Positions 27,388 through 37,720 of a stretch of DNA of 52,509 nucleotides are shown in pieces. Every line of letters starts with the position of its first letter. Position 1 is the stretch's first letter. A program made the position numbers and the translations under genes. The notes under the pieces are model-generated. The model worked only from the letters and a program-made list of their open reading frames with translations, was not told the origin of the DNA and did no database searches. The DNA is from a virus (lineage: Duplodnaviria; Caudoviricetes), in IMG/VR virus record IMGVR_UViG_3300011403_000015, positions 1-52,509 of that record. The stretch is one strand, 5' to 3'.

Positions 27388-28398
27388 TTAGACAGGCCAG
27401 GTAATCTCTTCAACGGAACGCAGCGGATTGGCATAGATCCCCAACCACACATCCCATACGATTTGATCCATAATGAAGCGACTCACATCAGCGTTACCTT
27501 GTGCTGATTCTAGCGGTTGCTTCACCAGAGAAACAAAGTCATCCGAGCGATACGTGGTGCTGATGAGGTAAGATTTGCCAAGCGTCACGCCAGGATAGGT
27601 AACTGTCTTCTTACCACGAGTACCAGACCAACCCGAATATCCGATGACCGCCCCAATCTGTGAGGAAGCCGAAGAATCCAGCGCAAAGCCTTCCTGCGGT
27701 ACACGATTTAACATACGTTGGATCATGAACATCTGTGCAGGATGGCAGAGCAGCACATACGGGCCTGGTCGTGGATTCACTGTATCAGCTTGTGCCGCCA
27801 CGATTGCCGATTCCAAAGTAAGGAACCAGTCTTCAGTTGTCGTAACACCTGTCGTCACGGCAGCAGATTGGTTGGCAGCAAGATATGTATAGTTCAGGAT
27901 TGGCTGCAAGTGCATGTGATTGAGCAAGGCATTATGCGCTTCCCCAACGGCACGCTCAATGCGAGCAATCTGCCAAAGCTGATTGAACATCATCAGCTTC
28001 TTGCTATACTCTAGCCCAACGCCAAACTGACGTTGTGAAACCGACACTTCCGCTGTGGTGATGTGTCCAAACTTAACTTCACCACCTTCGAAGACTTCCT
28101 CGAATACGAAGCCACCTGGCCCCCAATTCTTAAGATTAAGGGTTTCCGGCAGCGAGCTATCTACGATGATGTCATAGATTGGTTCGTATACTGTAGGAAC
28201 ACGAGTACGGCCAGCATTGACTTCATAGGTAATGCGGGTGTACCAATCGGCAGCAAAGTCATCTGAGCCAATGAACTCATAAACTGTCTGTCCATTGACA
28301 CGTACTTCCTTGAGGCTTTTGCCGAGATCAAAGCCCTTCTCAAATTGATAATACGGTAGCTCCTTGCGAGCATTAGCCCCGTTGTAGATTACGCCCAT
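27388..28398 (-). CDS. major capsid protein
   Basis: 336 aa; EEVFEGGEVKFG HK97-like segment; follows protease and decoration genes. Confidence 0.85.
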   Translation of the reverse strand: MGVIYNGANARKELPYYQFEKGFDLGKSLKEVRVNGQTVYEFIGSDDFAADWYTRITYEVNAGRTRVPTVYEPIYDIIVDSSLPETLNLKNWGPGGFVFEEVFEGGEVKFGHITTAEVSVSQRQFGVGLEYSKKLMMFNQLWQIARIERAVGEAHNALLNHMHLQPILNYTYLAANQSAAVTTGVTTTEDWFLTLESAIVAAQADTVNPRPGPYVLLCHPAQMFMIQRMLNRVPQEGFALDSSASSQIGAVIGYSGWSGTRGKKTVTYPGVTLGKSYLISTTYRSDDFVSLVKQPLESAQGNADVSRFIMDQIVWDVWLGIYANPLRSVEEITWPV

Positions 28399-28438
28399 TT
28401 CTTCCTCTCCTATAAAACTATTGTGAATGAGTTGCGAA

Positions 28439-28819
28439 CTACGAAGCTAATGAGTTGGCAGCGAGCAATCTACCAATCACAACATTGTTGGCGTCTTTGG
28501 CTTCCATCGCCTTGAAGAACGCCACCGTTCCGGCAGCAGGTGCAAGAACATAAGCTGCATCCTGGGGTGTATGACCAGTCACCGAAGCCAGTGTAAGATA
28601 CACGATGGTTCCCTTCGGTACGGCCAGCGCAGCAGGAACAGTAATCTGATAGGCACGATCATCAATAGCAATGGCAATAGTTTCACCGATTGCCCCTGCA
28701 CTTTCAGCAATACCTACCCATCCTTGTGCGACTACAACTTGCCCCTTAGCGACCGCAGCCGTAAGAGTGACGTTGACAGCCTTGCCATCATTGTCAAAGT
28801 ATGAAAGTAATCCGGACAT
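28439..28819 (-). CDS. capsid decoration / cement protein (DUF2190-like)
   Basis: GKAVNVT..AVAKGQVVVAQGWVGIA pattern. Confidence 0.75.
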   Translation of the reverse strand: MSGLLSYFDNDGKAVNVTLTAAVAKGQVVVAQGWVGIAESAGAIGETIAIAIDDRAYQITVPAALAVPKGTIVYLTLASVTGHTPQDAAYVLAPAAGTVAFFKAMEAKDANNVVIGRLLAANSLAS

Positions 28820-28853
28820 TTTCTTCTCTCCCTGTATCTATTGAACTACCGCT

Positions 28854-29996
28854 CTAGTTGCTTGCCGCATTCTGTGAGGGTGGAAGAACAAACCATTTGC
28901 CCTTCATCTTCGGGTCTGTTCCTGCCGTAGTCCCAGTCTGTTGCTGAACAGGTGTGGTTTGCGACGGCCCCATGCTTTCCTGCAATGCCAGATCAAGGGC
29001 TTTCTTCACTGAAGGCTTTTCCAAGACTTCAGCGTAAGCCTTCTCTGCATCTGCCACTGTGAGCGGATTCTTGGCTTCCACCATGTCAATGACCATTTCC
29101 CGCACAGCCTCAATCTTGATTGCCTTGTCACCCGTAGTAGCCATCTCAGTAATACGGGATGATACCGCTGCCTTCTCACGAGCAGCATCCTTCGCCTGGA
29201 TACTTTTCACCGCATCCAAGATGTTCCCGTCTGTCAAGCCAAGAGCTTCCTTGATTTCTTTAGAGTACTCTTGGATGATAGCGGCACGTACTGATTCCGG
29301 CAGCACACTAGCATCTGCTGCTGTCATCTCCAACATGGCTTGCTTCTTTTCTTCTTCGGTCACTTTCTTACTCTCCTTGATTGGTCTAACAACAATGATG
29401 CCACTTTGTGTAGCCATCTCTTGTGTTAGCAACGGTACGGCAGACAGATCCGATATTCCTGCTCTATCAGCGGGTGCAATATCAATCTGATTAAGCACCA
29501 ACGTAGAGGCTATCATCTTGTAAGCCCCCAACTGCTCACTCCAGACGCCATCACCTCTAGCATCTATACTGGTAGCAATCTTCTTCTGAGTTGCACGATA
29601 CCTCTGCAACCTGTTACGGCTATCACCCGAAGGCACGTAGCCCTTCCCTATAAGATATTCCTTGACTCGCATTGTACCAATCCAATGCACAGCTTCGGCA
29701 GGGAAAGCAAAAGCACGCTGATCCTCAGAAAGATGCCCCATCAATCCTATGGGCTTGTTATCACGAACTTGCTTTTCCAATTCGGTAATGAAGGCTTCAT
29801 CGTAGAACCTTTGGTTCCCTGATTTAGCATTTGCTTTACCGATTGGTAATGTGACGAAGACAGGTTTATCTTCTCCGCCTGTAAGCTCCCTGAGGTCAAT
29901 GTCCCTGAAAATAGGCACTTCAGGAAACGCTCCGGTGAACTCCGAGATGAGCAAAGTATCATGAAAACTTCCCTTGAGCTCTTCTCCATCTTCCAT
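28854..29996 (-). CDS. prohead protease-scaffold fusion (putative)
   Basis: N-terminal SGNQRFY..MGH..SID protease-like region, helical C-terminal half. Confidence 0.7.
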   Translation of the reverse strand: MEDGEELKGSFHDTLLISEFTGAFPEVPIFRDIDLRELTGGEDKPVFVTLPIGKANAKSGNQRFYDEAFITELEKQVRDNKPIGLMGHLSEDQRAFAFPAEAVHWIGTMRVKEYLIGKGYVPSGDSRNRLQRYRATQKKIATSIDARGDGVWSEQLGAYKMIASTLVLNQIDIAPADRAGISDLSAVPLLTQEMATQSGIIVVRPIKESKKVTEEEKKQAMLEMTAADASVLPESVRAAIIQEYSKEIKEALGLTDGNILDAVKSIQAKDAAREKAAVSSRITEMATTGDKAIKIEAVREMVIDMVEAKNPLTVADAEKAYAEVLEKPSVKKALDLALQESMGPSQTTPVQQQTGTTAGTDPKMKGKWFVLPPSQNAASN

Positions 29997-30004
29997 AGCC
30001 CCTC

Positions 30005-30517
30005 CTACTGTGTAGGTCGTACCTGACGTGGTGGCGTGGAAGTAGAAGTCGATGAGCGTCCTTGCTGTTCACGTTGCTCACGCTGCTTCCTCTGCTCGTC
30101 AGTTTCTGGCTTGCTCTCAGCAGATTCCACTTCGGCGTCTGACTTCTCTTGTGCTTCCTTCTGCTTCTGCTCTTCCGTCTTGGGATTGTTCGGGTCTTCC
30201 GGCACAGGGGTCACAGGTGGCTTGATTGTGCTAGGATCTACAGGTTCAGCTTCTTCCTCCGCTGCCGCTTCCGCTACCGTCTTGCCTTCTGCCGGAACCA
30301 CAGGTGGTTCAATCGTACCTTCTGGCAGTTCCGCTTCCGGCTTGATTGCATAAGGTTGTGCAGATGATGCCATAGGTTCTGCTTCTGGCTTTGGCAAACG
30401 TACATCCTTTGCCCTATCGCCCAAGAGCGCATTAACTTTTGCATCCAAAGCGGCTACTGCATTTTGCACACGAACCAATCGTTGTTCCAGCTTAACATTT
30501 TCTTTTGATACAGTCAT
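30005..30517 (-). CDS. hypothetical Pro/Glu-rich disordered protein
   Basis: GGAGGGGGAG RBS; lies between portal and protease genes. Confidence 0.7.
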   Translation of the reverse strand: MTVSKENVKLEQRLVRVQNAVAALDAKVNALLGDRAKDVRLPKPEAEPMASSAQPYAIKPEAELPEGTIEPPVVPAEGKTVAEAAAEEEAEPVDPSTIKPPVTPVPEDPNNPKTEEQKQKEAQEKSDAEVESAESKPETDEQRKQREQREQQGRSSTSTSTPPRQVRPTQ

Positions 30518-30530
30518 TTCTCCCCCTCCA

Positions 30531-32027
30531 TTAAACTAATAATTCCAATTCTTCTTTTAGAGACTCATCCATTTCACCTAGTTTCTTCCCGCCATTGGGT
30601 GTTGGGCCAGGATCTGGGGCGTTCTCCTTTTGCATCTTCATCTGTCTTTCCATCTTAGCTTCGTCGTTGACTTGCCGCTTTTCCGCATCCCGCTTTGCTT
30701 GCTTCAATACTTCATCGGGATTCTCTATATCAATTGGAAGAAGAGTAAGTGCTGTCTTCTCATCCAGCAAGCCTTCCCCGAAAGCCCAATTCACAGCATC
30801 CAATACCATGCGGCCATTCTGTGTGAGCTTGTTCCATTGCAATATGGGATCCTCTCTGCGTTCCGGTGAGATGATTTCCTCATACGCCTGTACAATACGG
30901 CACACCTCTAGAATCCAGGGAGTGCAGCTTTTCTGCCTTGCCGTGATGAAGACTTCAAACACTGGCATTTGTGTTTCGGCAGAAGCCTTGCTTCCCTCGA
31001 TTGCATTACCGAACACGAACTCTGGCACTTCCAGATGCTCAATAATCAGGTAGAACAATAATCCCAGAATCCTCACAGCATCATCAGCGAAACTTCCTGG
31101 ACTTTTGTAATCCATCGTAGCCCCCGAAAGCGTTAGAACATCGCTCATGTCGATGCTAATACTCTCGGATTCCCTCGTTGTCCCATCGGGTAGCTTTGTA
31201 GAAGCCTTGCTGCCGTATCGACGCCAGAAAGCATTAAGATCTTGCACCGTGTTAAAAGCAATTACGGGTGTTGGTCTACCTTGCAAGATGTTCCCCTCCA
31301 CTGAGGCTTCCAAGATTTGTCCGTAACGATGTAGCAAATCAAGAAGAGCCTCAGCTTCAGGATGCCCGAACTGCTCACCTTCCCCAGGATGATTTGCTAC
31401 GTGAACTACGGGAATGATTCCTATAAGATTGGGGTAAGTTTTCGTTCGGATTGTGCCGTTGGAAAACTCTTCTCTATGCACTCGTCTATCTATATAGTAC
31501 TCATCCGTTACGGTCATCTTTAGCGATCCGTCCTCGGGATGGGCGAACACTTGACGAATGCGCCAGCCTATCCGTTTGCCGTAGTCATCAGGAGCAACGA
31601 TGGGATCTACGCAGTTAGGCGGCACAAGAGTCACACTACGATCTGAGTTGATTACGAAGAAAGCATCACCATGTTTCAACGAACCTTCGTAAGCACGCAT
31701 TATATCTTCATGATGCAGGGAAAACCATTCATCTAACTTCTTCTGCGTTCGCTTGCTTTTAAGCAGGAACACGGGAAGGCTCCCCAACACCCATGCGGGT
31801 ATCTTATGCACGATAGGTCTGATAAAGAGACCGGAGACTTCGAGTCCGGCCACCTTACAGTAGTAAGCTCTAGTCCAGAAGTCGTAGTCACTACGTCCCC
31901 AACTATAAGTAGGGGTTCTCCAGATCGTAGAACTTCTGCGGATGATAAGGCTGAAACTACGTCCCAAGTCACGGGAGACGTCAGCGAATATCTCATAGAA
32001 TCTATCCCAAATTTTCGGTAGGCGCAT
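30531..32027 (-). CDS. portal protein
   Basis: 498 aa directly after the terminase; GDAFF and IPVVHVAN..GE.FG motifs. Confidence 0.85.
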   Translation of the reverse strand: MRLPKIWDRFYEIFADVSRDLGRSFSLIIRRSSTIWRTPTYSWGRSDYDFWTRAYYCKVAGLEVSGLFIRPIVHKIPAWVLGSLPVFLLKSKRTQKKLDEWFSLHHEDIMRAYEGSLKHGDAFFVINSDRSVTLVPPNCVDPIVAPDDYGKRIGWRIRQVFAHPEDGSLKMTVTDEYYIDRRVHREEFSNGTIRTKTYPNLIGIIPVVHVANHPGEGEQFGHPEAEALLDLLHRYGQILEASVEGNILQGRPTPVIAFNTVQDLNAFWRRYGSKASTKLPDGTTRESESISIDMSDVLTLSGATMDYKSPGSFADDAVRILGLLFYLIIEHLEVPEFVFGNAIEGSKASAETQMPVFEVFITARQKSCTPWILEVCRIVQAYEEIISPERREDPILQWNKLTQNGRMVLDAVNWAFGEGLLDEKTALTLLPIDIENPDEVLKQAKRDAEKRQVNDEAKMERQMKMQKENAPDPGPTPNGGKKLGEMDESLKEELELLV

Positions 32028-33639
32028 GGACAGCCCTCGTTGATGTTCTGATTACCCGTACAGTACGAGTAAAATTAGATTGCCCACGCCGCACAGTAGA
32101 TACGGCCCCAACAGGTATTTCATCCCCCACAGGTTCCATTTCTGGTGCAGCACGTCGCCCCTCAACATGAGCAGAGGCCATCATCACGTCCCCACCAAGG
32201 ATGATGATGCGAGCACACTGAGCCAGCGCAAAGCTCGTAGCTCTGTCGTCATGCTCATGTTCAGGGGCTTTTAACGTGCTACCGACTATGGAGGCGAGTT
32301 GTTGATAAGTAGAAAAAGCATGTACAATCGCGTCTTTTTCTTGTATAACCTTTGTACAATGTGTATACATTATAGCCTTTCCCTTAGTGGTATTGAGCCA
32401 CCCAGGACGGCTATCCATACCATTCATCGTACCTTCAAAGCCATCCTCTGCCAGCTTGAGCAGCACAGCATGACCATGATTGTTGCGTTCCACTAACACA
32501 CTAGCCTCGTTATAGAAGCCAGCTAACTTCTCAATGTAATCTGCAAAGGTGTTCGGTTGCAGCCGTTCGGCTAACAACGCTACTTCCTCGCCTGTAGCCA
32601 CATCCATAACAGTTGCAGAGCTATCATCTGAGTTAGGATTTCCTTCTGCAGGATCCGCCCCAATGACGTAAATGTGGCCGTCTTCAGGTCGCTTAAACAC
32701 AGTAAGACCAGGAAGCCCAATATTATCATCCCCCTCAAGCTCCTCGTAAACTGCCGCAAGCCATTCATAGGGAATCCTCTTATCCATTGAGCGTGGCTTC
32801 AGTGCCTCAGAATCGGTCGCTGGATATTGCTCGTACAGGTCGTCAAGGCTTCCTGTACGAGATTCAATATCCACCTTCTCCTTCTCATACCATTCCGGAG
32901 TCCTACGAGGATGAACGTACCAGGGCAAGAAGATGTGCGCCCAAGCCGTCTTGCCAGCTTTGGCGTCAATGTAGATCTTTTTGAAGTCAGAGATGGGCTT
33001 GTCTTTATCGGCACGAGACAGCAGTATCATTTTCCCACCGTTTGCAATAGTGGGTTTAACTGCTCGGAGAAGCGAGTTTAGGTCAGGAGAGAGATCAGCC
33101 TCGTCGACAATAGCCAGAGTAGCAGTATAACTATCGCCAGCAGAAGTAGGAAAACTTCGGGCTGTGCTCGCATTTTCCATACTCCACTCATGAGCATTGT
33201 CAGTGAAGACGTCATGACCACCCTTCATCCATTCCGGCAAGCGGTCATACATCCCACGAAGACGGTCTTCGGAGAGCAGGTAGATTGCATCTATGTCCCG
33301 CTTACTAAATATCAACACAGATGCAATCGGCCTGAAAATCATGCACCATAAAGCATACGCAAGAACAAGCCAGGTGAGACCAATCTGCCTTGCCTTGAGT
33401 ACGATGGATAACTGATTATTATGGATAATGTCAAGTGCAGCCATCTGAGCAGGCCACAGCTCAAAGGGAACCCAACCTGCATCTACAGTATCGTAGATGT
33501 GACAATACGTCCTGATAAAATAAGCAGGACTTTGATAGCATTTTCCAAGCTCCTCAGCCTCCAATTGCGTTAAGCTAAAATCAGGAGATGCTGAGAAGGT
33601 TCCTTTCTTCAGAGACAGTTTCCTCTTTTTCATCGACAA
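32002..33639 (-). CDS. terL: terminase large subunit
   Basis: KARQIGLT Walker A, AIVDEAD Walker B, GADPAEG and HDDRATS nuclease motifs. Confidence 0.95.
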   Translation of the reverse strand: MSMKKRKLSLKKGTFSASPDFSLTQLEAEELGKCYQSPAYFIRTYCHIYDTVDAGWVPFELWPAQMAALDIIHNNQLSIVLKARQIGLTWLVLAYALWCMIFRPIASVLIFSKRDIDAIYLLSEDRLRGMYDRLPEWMKGGHDVFTDNAHEWSMENASTARSFPTSAGDSYTATLAIVDEADLSPDLNSLLRAVKPTIANGGKMILLSRADKDKPISDFKKIYIDAKAGKTAWAHIFLPWYVHPRRTPEWYEKEKVDIESRTGSLDDLYEQYPATDSEALKPRSMDKRIPYEWLAAVYEELEGDDNIGLPGLTVFKRPEDGHIYVIGADPAEGNPNSDDSSATVMDVATGEEVALLAERLQPNTFADYIEKLAGFYNEASVLVERNNHGHAVLLKLAEDGFEGTMNGMDSRPGWLNTTKGKAIMYTHCTKVIQEKDAIVHAFSTYQQLASIVGSTLKAPEHEHDDRATSFALAQCARIIILGGDVMMASAHVEGRRAAPEMEPVGDEIPVGAVSTVRRGQSNFTRTVRVIRTSTRAVHAPTENLG

Positions 33640-34030
33640 CGTAGATCCCTGTTCTCATGGCAGCTATCAACATCGCAGGCGACATACCAATAGATTCCCC
33701 ATCTTTACCTGTAATTTCTTGCCGTTCAGAATATCCTCTAGCTTTACCTAATCTACTAAGAAGCCACTTAGCATCTGTAGTATCTCCAAGATCCCCATTA
33801 CGCTGTACTTCCTGCGCTATCTGTACATTGCGAAATACTACAGATTCACACAGATCAACCATCGTTTCCCGCTCTGCTTCAAAAACAGCTTTTATCTCAG
33901 GATCATTCTGGATGTAGGCTTCGGCAACACGCCATTCACATCGCAATCTCTTGGCGATGGTACTGATGATACCACCACTTCCAGAGATAGCATCTAGAAT
34001 TTGTTGATCTACAATGGATTCTTTATTCAT
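33581..34030 (-). CDS. terminase small subunit-like HTH protein (copy A)
   Basis: GIISTIAKRL HTH, KARGYSERQEITGKDG; directly upstream of terL. Confidence 0.75.
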   Translation of the reverse strand: MNKESIVDQQILDAISGSGGIISTIAKRLRCEWRVAEAYIQNDPEIKAVFEAERETMVDLCESVVFRNVQIAQEVQRNGDLGDTTDAKWLLSRLGKARGYSERQEITGKDGESIGMSPAMLIAAMRTGIYVVDEKEETVSEERNLLSIS

Positions 34031-34886
34031 TGCAACCTACTAAAAGCGGTCGGGTCGGATTTGCACCGCCCTCTTCTGACTGGTAGTCAACTGCGTCCTG
34101 TGTCGCCTCGACCGCATGATAACGTTTAGGATAAGGTTGTCGCATCTTCTCTACCTTAGCAATCAACGCTTTATCTGTTTTATCTAAGATATATACATAT
34201 CTATACTTAGCATTACTTCGCTGTTCAGTCCATCCGGCAGCACGTAATTCTTCTACATATGAACTGCGAGGCTTCTTGAAGCCACCACGTCTTTGCAAGT
34301 CATATGGTAGTTTTTGATCATATACTCTACCCGTAGGTGCAATCCATTGAGTAGTTGAAGAACCTTTACCTACGCATATCCAATTACATGCTTGGTAGAT
34401 TGTGCCTATTTCACCTGCATCTGTATCAGAATATGCTATCAGCAATTTAGCCTTCGTATCTTTAGCCATTAGCTTGCACGTCCAAGATACTAATTTAGAA
34501 TTTGCACCTTTCGGTGACCAATGCGTATTAGCTCCACGAGCAAGGATTGCTAATTCACGCTTTTCTATACCCCATTCCATGTGCGTACTTACACCACCTG
34601 TAGCGAAGCCTGCGGCAACACAACATATACCCGCACAATAAGAACCAAAGAATATGCCGTAGTGATAAGTGGTCTGTGCCATTGTTCCCAACCATTCGTA
34701 TTTCAGAATGATCTGCTCTGCCAAATTCCTACTGACAGGTCGCACGATAGCACGCTTAACATCTAAATGCGGTACAGGTGGCACACCTTCAGATTGATAT
34801 CTATCCCGAAGCTGCTTTTGCCAAGCAACATCACTAACTGCATTACGAAATGTCGATCGTAACAGTTGCTCGCTTTGCCCACTCAT
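34023..34886 (-). CDS. Mom-like (GNAT-fold) DNA adenine-modification protein
   Basis: ANSKLVS..LIAYSDTDAGEIGTIYQACNW and KYRYVY resemble the Mom-family S(Y/F)AD..G..G.IYQA.N(F/W) motif. Confidence 0.7.
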   Translation of the reverse strand: MSGQSEQLLRSTFRNAVSDVAWQKQLRDRYQSEGVPPVPHLDVKRAIVRPVSRNLAEQIILKYEWLGTMAQTTYHYGIFFGSYCAGICCVAAGFATGGVSTHMEWGIEKRELAILARGANTHWSPKGANSKLVSWTCKLMAKDTKAKLLIAYSDTDAGEIGTIYQACNWICVGKGSSTTQWIAPTGRVYDQKLPYDLQRRGGFKKPRSSYVEELRAAGWTEQRSNAKYRYVYILDKTDKALIAKVEKMRQPYPKRYHAVEATQDAVDYQSEEGGANPTRPLLVGCNE

Positions 34887-35409
34887 CTAGCTTTCCCTGA
34901 AAATCTACTAGATCCCTTGTTGAACAGCGGATTTCAATTAACTGCTCACTGGCTAATTGCGGTTCTTCTCGGGGTTCTGCTTCTGGTGGATCATCACTTC
35001 TCTTAAACTCTACAGGTTCAAATCCCCAATTCAGAAGATCCTCTACCGAAAATCTATTAGTTAAAATTTCAAAATCCCATTCACCGCCGGCACGATTGGC
35101 AACAATATTCGCTTGCTCTGCCTGCCGTTCCGTCCAGCGTACTTGACGATAGGAATATTTTCTATCCTTCCAAACCACAAATCCAAAGCCAACCGTACCT
35201 TGCTCGTCAGCTTCTGGATATTCTTCCGTCATGATAACTTTGCAGGAATTTATATCAAAAATCTTACTACGCTGATTCCCGCCTATAATTTCATCGCTAT
35301 TAAGCTCATGAACAATACCCGACAAATCCCCTAACTCCAACAGCCAAGTAGCAAGATCCCCCTGCTGCTTATCGCTTATGCGTCTTGGGTTTTTGTGATA
35401 AGGTTTCAT
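34843..35409 (-). CDS. ParB/Srx N-terminal-domain protein
   Basis: PYHKNPRRI..IIGGNQR..NIVANRAGGEWD, the type usually paired with phage DNA-modification enzymes. Confidence 0.75.
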   Translation of the reverse strand: MKPYHKNPRRISDKQQGDLATWLLELGDLSGIVHELNSDEIIGGNQRSKIFDINSCKVIMTEEYPEADEQGTVGFGFVVWKDRKYSYRQVRWTERQAEQANIVANRAGGEWDFEILTNRFSVEDLLNWGFEPVEFKRSDDPPEAEPREEPQLASEQLIEIRCSTRDLVDFQGKLDEWAKRATVTIDIS

Positions 35410-35843
35410 GGATTTAGATTATCAACTAAACGAGCAGGAAAAAGAGGATGCTCTATAATTTCTTCTTGCTTGGGCTGGTCTGCTGCCTGTCGCATTGCAG
35501 CAATTAAGAACTTAGCATCTACCTTAACTTCTACTCTATTGGTAACATTAGCAGGAGCAGAGCTTAGATCATAACCTCTATCCCTAGCTTGAGTCTTCAG
35601 GAAGAACATAAGCAAAGTAGGATCATCTTGCATCTTCTGCACTAAAAGATCTTCTGCTTGATCTTTAACAAATTCCTTGATTTGTTTTTTAGTATCCATA
35701 ACGGATGGATGTCTTACCATGTAATCTACAAGCTCACCTCGACTCAATCCTAACTCTTTAGCAGCTAATCCCACATTTCCCATTTGATTGCGGATAGCGA
35801 GAATTACTATATTTTCTTCGAGGTACTCAGATTGTTTGGTCAT
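35406..35843 (-). CDS. terminase small subunit-like HTH protein (copy B)
   Basis: GNVGLAAKELGLSR HTH, FFLKTQARDRGY; LIAAMR shared with copy A. Confidence 0.7.
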   Translation of the reverse strand: MTKQSEYLEENIVILAIRNQMGNVGLAAKELGLSRGELVDYMVRHPSVMDTKKQIKEFVKDQAEDLLVQKMQDDPTLLMFFLKTQARDRGYDLSSAPANVTNRVEVKVDAKFLIAAMRQAADQPKQEEIIEHPLFPARLVDNLNP

Positions 35844-35862
35844 AAATATTTTCCTGTATAGA

Positions 35863-36013
35863 TTTACCCTATTAGGCTAACACAACATAACCTATTTGTA
35901 AAGCGGCAAAACACCTTATATTGTGGGGCATATGCCTTTATTTGCGCCATTATACAGCCTGTGCTATACTACTAAATACGTTGTGCGCCCAAGCACAATA
36001 AAATATTACAGCC
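35863..36013. promoter_or_regulatory. divergent control region between structural and replication operons; GA/TC-free
   Basis: No GA or TC over ~150 bp; GCAAAACACCTTA at 35906-35918. Confidence 0.75.
35942..35970 (+). promoter_or_regulatory. sigma70-type promoter for the replication operon
   Basis: TTGCGC-N17-TATACT with TG extended -10. Confidence 0.7.
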
Positions 36014-36031
36014 GAGAAAGGCCAAGACAGA

Positions 36032-37720
36032 ATGCCAGAAAAGCAACCGCCAGCTCCAGATGTTGGCAGAGTAACCTTCCTACCAGAGACAAAGCAAGAC
36101 TTTTTCTTCTTCGTCCCCACCAAAGTTAATCCCACCCTCAAACTACTAGACGGTAGCATGTGGTTCATAGCCAACAATCCTACGTTGGGTTTGTGCTATC
36201 GTGCTACAACTTCGCTTGAAGCTCTACACTGGTTACGGGATAGCTTAGGCCCACTGATGCTTGCGCCGGATGTAGCAAAATGGCGCAGAGAAGTTACCTT
36301 CGTTAACCCTATCCCTGAAATACGTAATCTACCTTTGTTCCCTTTCCAGCGTGAGGCTATTAGCTTTCTAGCTGATCGTCAGCGTGCCATGCTATCACTT
36401 AGTCCTGGATTAGGTAAAACGATTTGCAGCATTACGGCAGCGAACCTACTCGAAGATGTGGATACTGTACTGGTCATAGCTCCGCTTTCCCTACTGTATA
36501 TGTGGAAAAGCGAAATAGAGAAATGGGAACAGTTCCTACCCCGTAAGAGCAATGTGATTATCTATCACGGCAAGAAAGCCACATTGCAGGAAATGAACAA
36601 CAAGGTACGCAATCGCATGACCTGGGTAATTACTAATCCAGAGACCGCTATAAAAATTGTACCGACATTGCTGACCAAGCACTTTGACCTCATGGTACTA
36701 GACGAAAGCATCCTATACAAAAGCCGAACTTCTCTACGCACCAAAGGCGTAGTAAGATTAGCTAAGGGTATCCCCAGAGTATGGGAACTTACAGGCGCAC
36801 CAGCTAACCGTATGATTGATGATATATGGTCACAGTTCAATATCCTCAAGCCAAAAGCCTACAGTTCCTATTGGCGTTTTGCTCAGGAATACTGCATGGT
36901 GAACCCTACACCCTGGGGCAATCAAGTAGTTGCTAATAAAATGGATGCTGAATACGTCATAAAGAAACGCTTTGAAGATATATACTTTGCTCGTAGTCAA
37001 AGCGAAGTATTAGATATACCAGAGTGGATTTTTGAGGAAATAGATATACCCATGAAGCCTAAGCAAGAAAAGGCTTATCATGAGATGGCTGTAGACTTAG
37101 CCACCACGCTAGAGCAGGAAGACGATAGCGGCAACGTCACGGCCAGCACGAAGATCACAGTAGAGAACCATCTCAGTAAAGTAACCAGATTAATCCAACT
37201 TGCCAGCAATCCAATGCTGCTAGACGGCACAAACGAAAGCGGTAAATGGGATGCTCTGCCGGAGCTTATGGAAATCTACGATGGCCCCTGGCTCGTATGG
37301 GTGAGCTTCACCCGTACTGCCTACTATCTGGAAGAGTTCCTAGCTCGTAAGGTAGACCAGCGCATAGGTAAGATTATAGGCGCAACAGATACAGAAGAGC
37401 GTAACAATTGGATACGTAAGTTCCAAGAAGGCGAAACAAAGATTCTCATCCTAAACATGCAAACAGGTAGCTTCGGCCACACCCTCACGGCAGCAAGGAC
37501 AGCCTTCTACCCTGAAAGAAATTATGATAGCAACTACTTTCAGAGTCTTCATCGTTTCCGCCGCATCGGTACAGTTCATGCTCCTAACGTGGTTCATCTA
37601 CGATCTGTGTACCAAGATGGTTCACCTACTATTGATCATTTGGTTCACGGTCTTTTAGACTATAGAGTTGGGATGATCAAAGATTTAACTACTGGCATGT
37701 TAAAGGATATACTTAAATGA
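36032..37720 (+). CDS. SNF2-family helicase
   Basis: LFPFQ, SPGLGKT, VLDES, LTGAP, QSLHRFRRIG motifs. Confidence 0.9.
   Translation: MPEKQPPAPDVGRVTFLPETKQDFFFFVPTKVNPTLKLLDGSMWFIANNPTLGLCYRATTSLEALHWLRDSLGPLMLAPDVAKWRREVTFVNPIPEIRNLPLFPFQREAISFLADRQRAMLSLSPGLGKTICSITAANLLEDVDTVLVIAPLSLLYMWKSEIEKWEQFLPRKSNVIIYHGKKATLQEMNNKVRNRMTWVITNPETAIKIVPTLLTKHFDLMVLDESILYKSRTSLRTKGVVRLAKGIPRVWELTGAPANRMIDDIWSQFNILKPKAYSSYWRFAQEYCMVNPTPWGNQVVANKMDAEYVIKKRFEDIYFARSQSEVLDIPEWIFEEIDIPMKPKQEKAYHEMAVDLATTLEQEDDSGNVTASTKITVENHLSKVTRLIQLASNPMLLDGTNESGKWDALPELMEIYDGPWLVWVSFTRTAYYLEEFLARKVDQRIGKIIGATDTEERNNWIRKFQEGETKILILNMQTGSFGHTLTAARTAFYPERNYDSNYFQSLHRFRRIGTVHAPNVVHLRSVYQDGSPTIDHLVHGLLDYRVGMIKDLTTGMLKDILK

Noticed and set aside
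10549-35334. Numerous + strand ORFs within the structural block, and - strand ORFs within the early and replication blocks
   Set aside because: Fully overlapped by well-supported genes on the opposite strand, with no RBS or motifs
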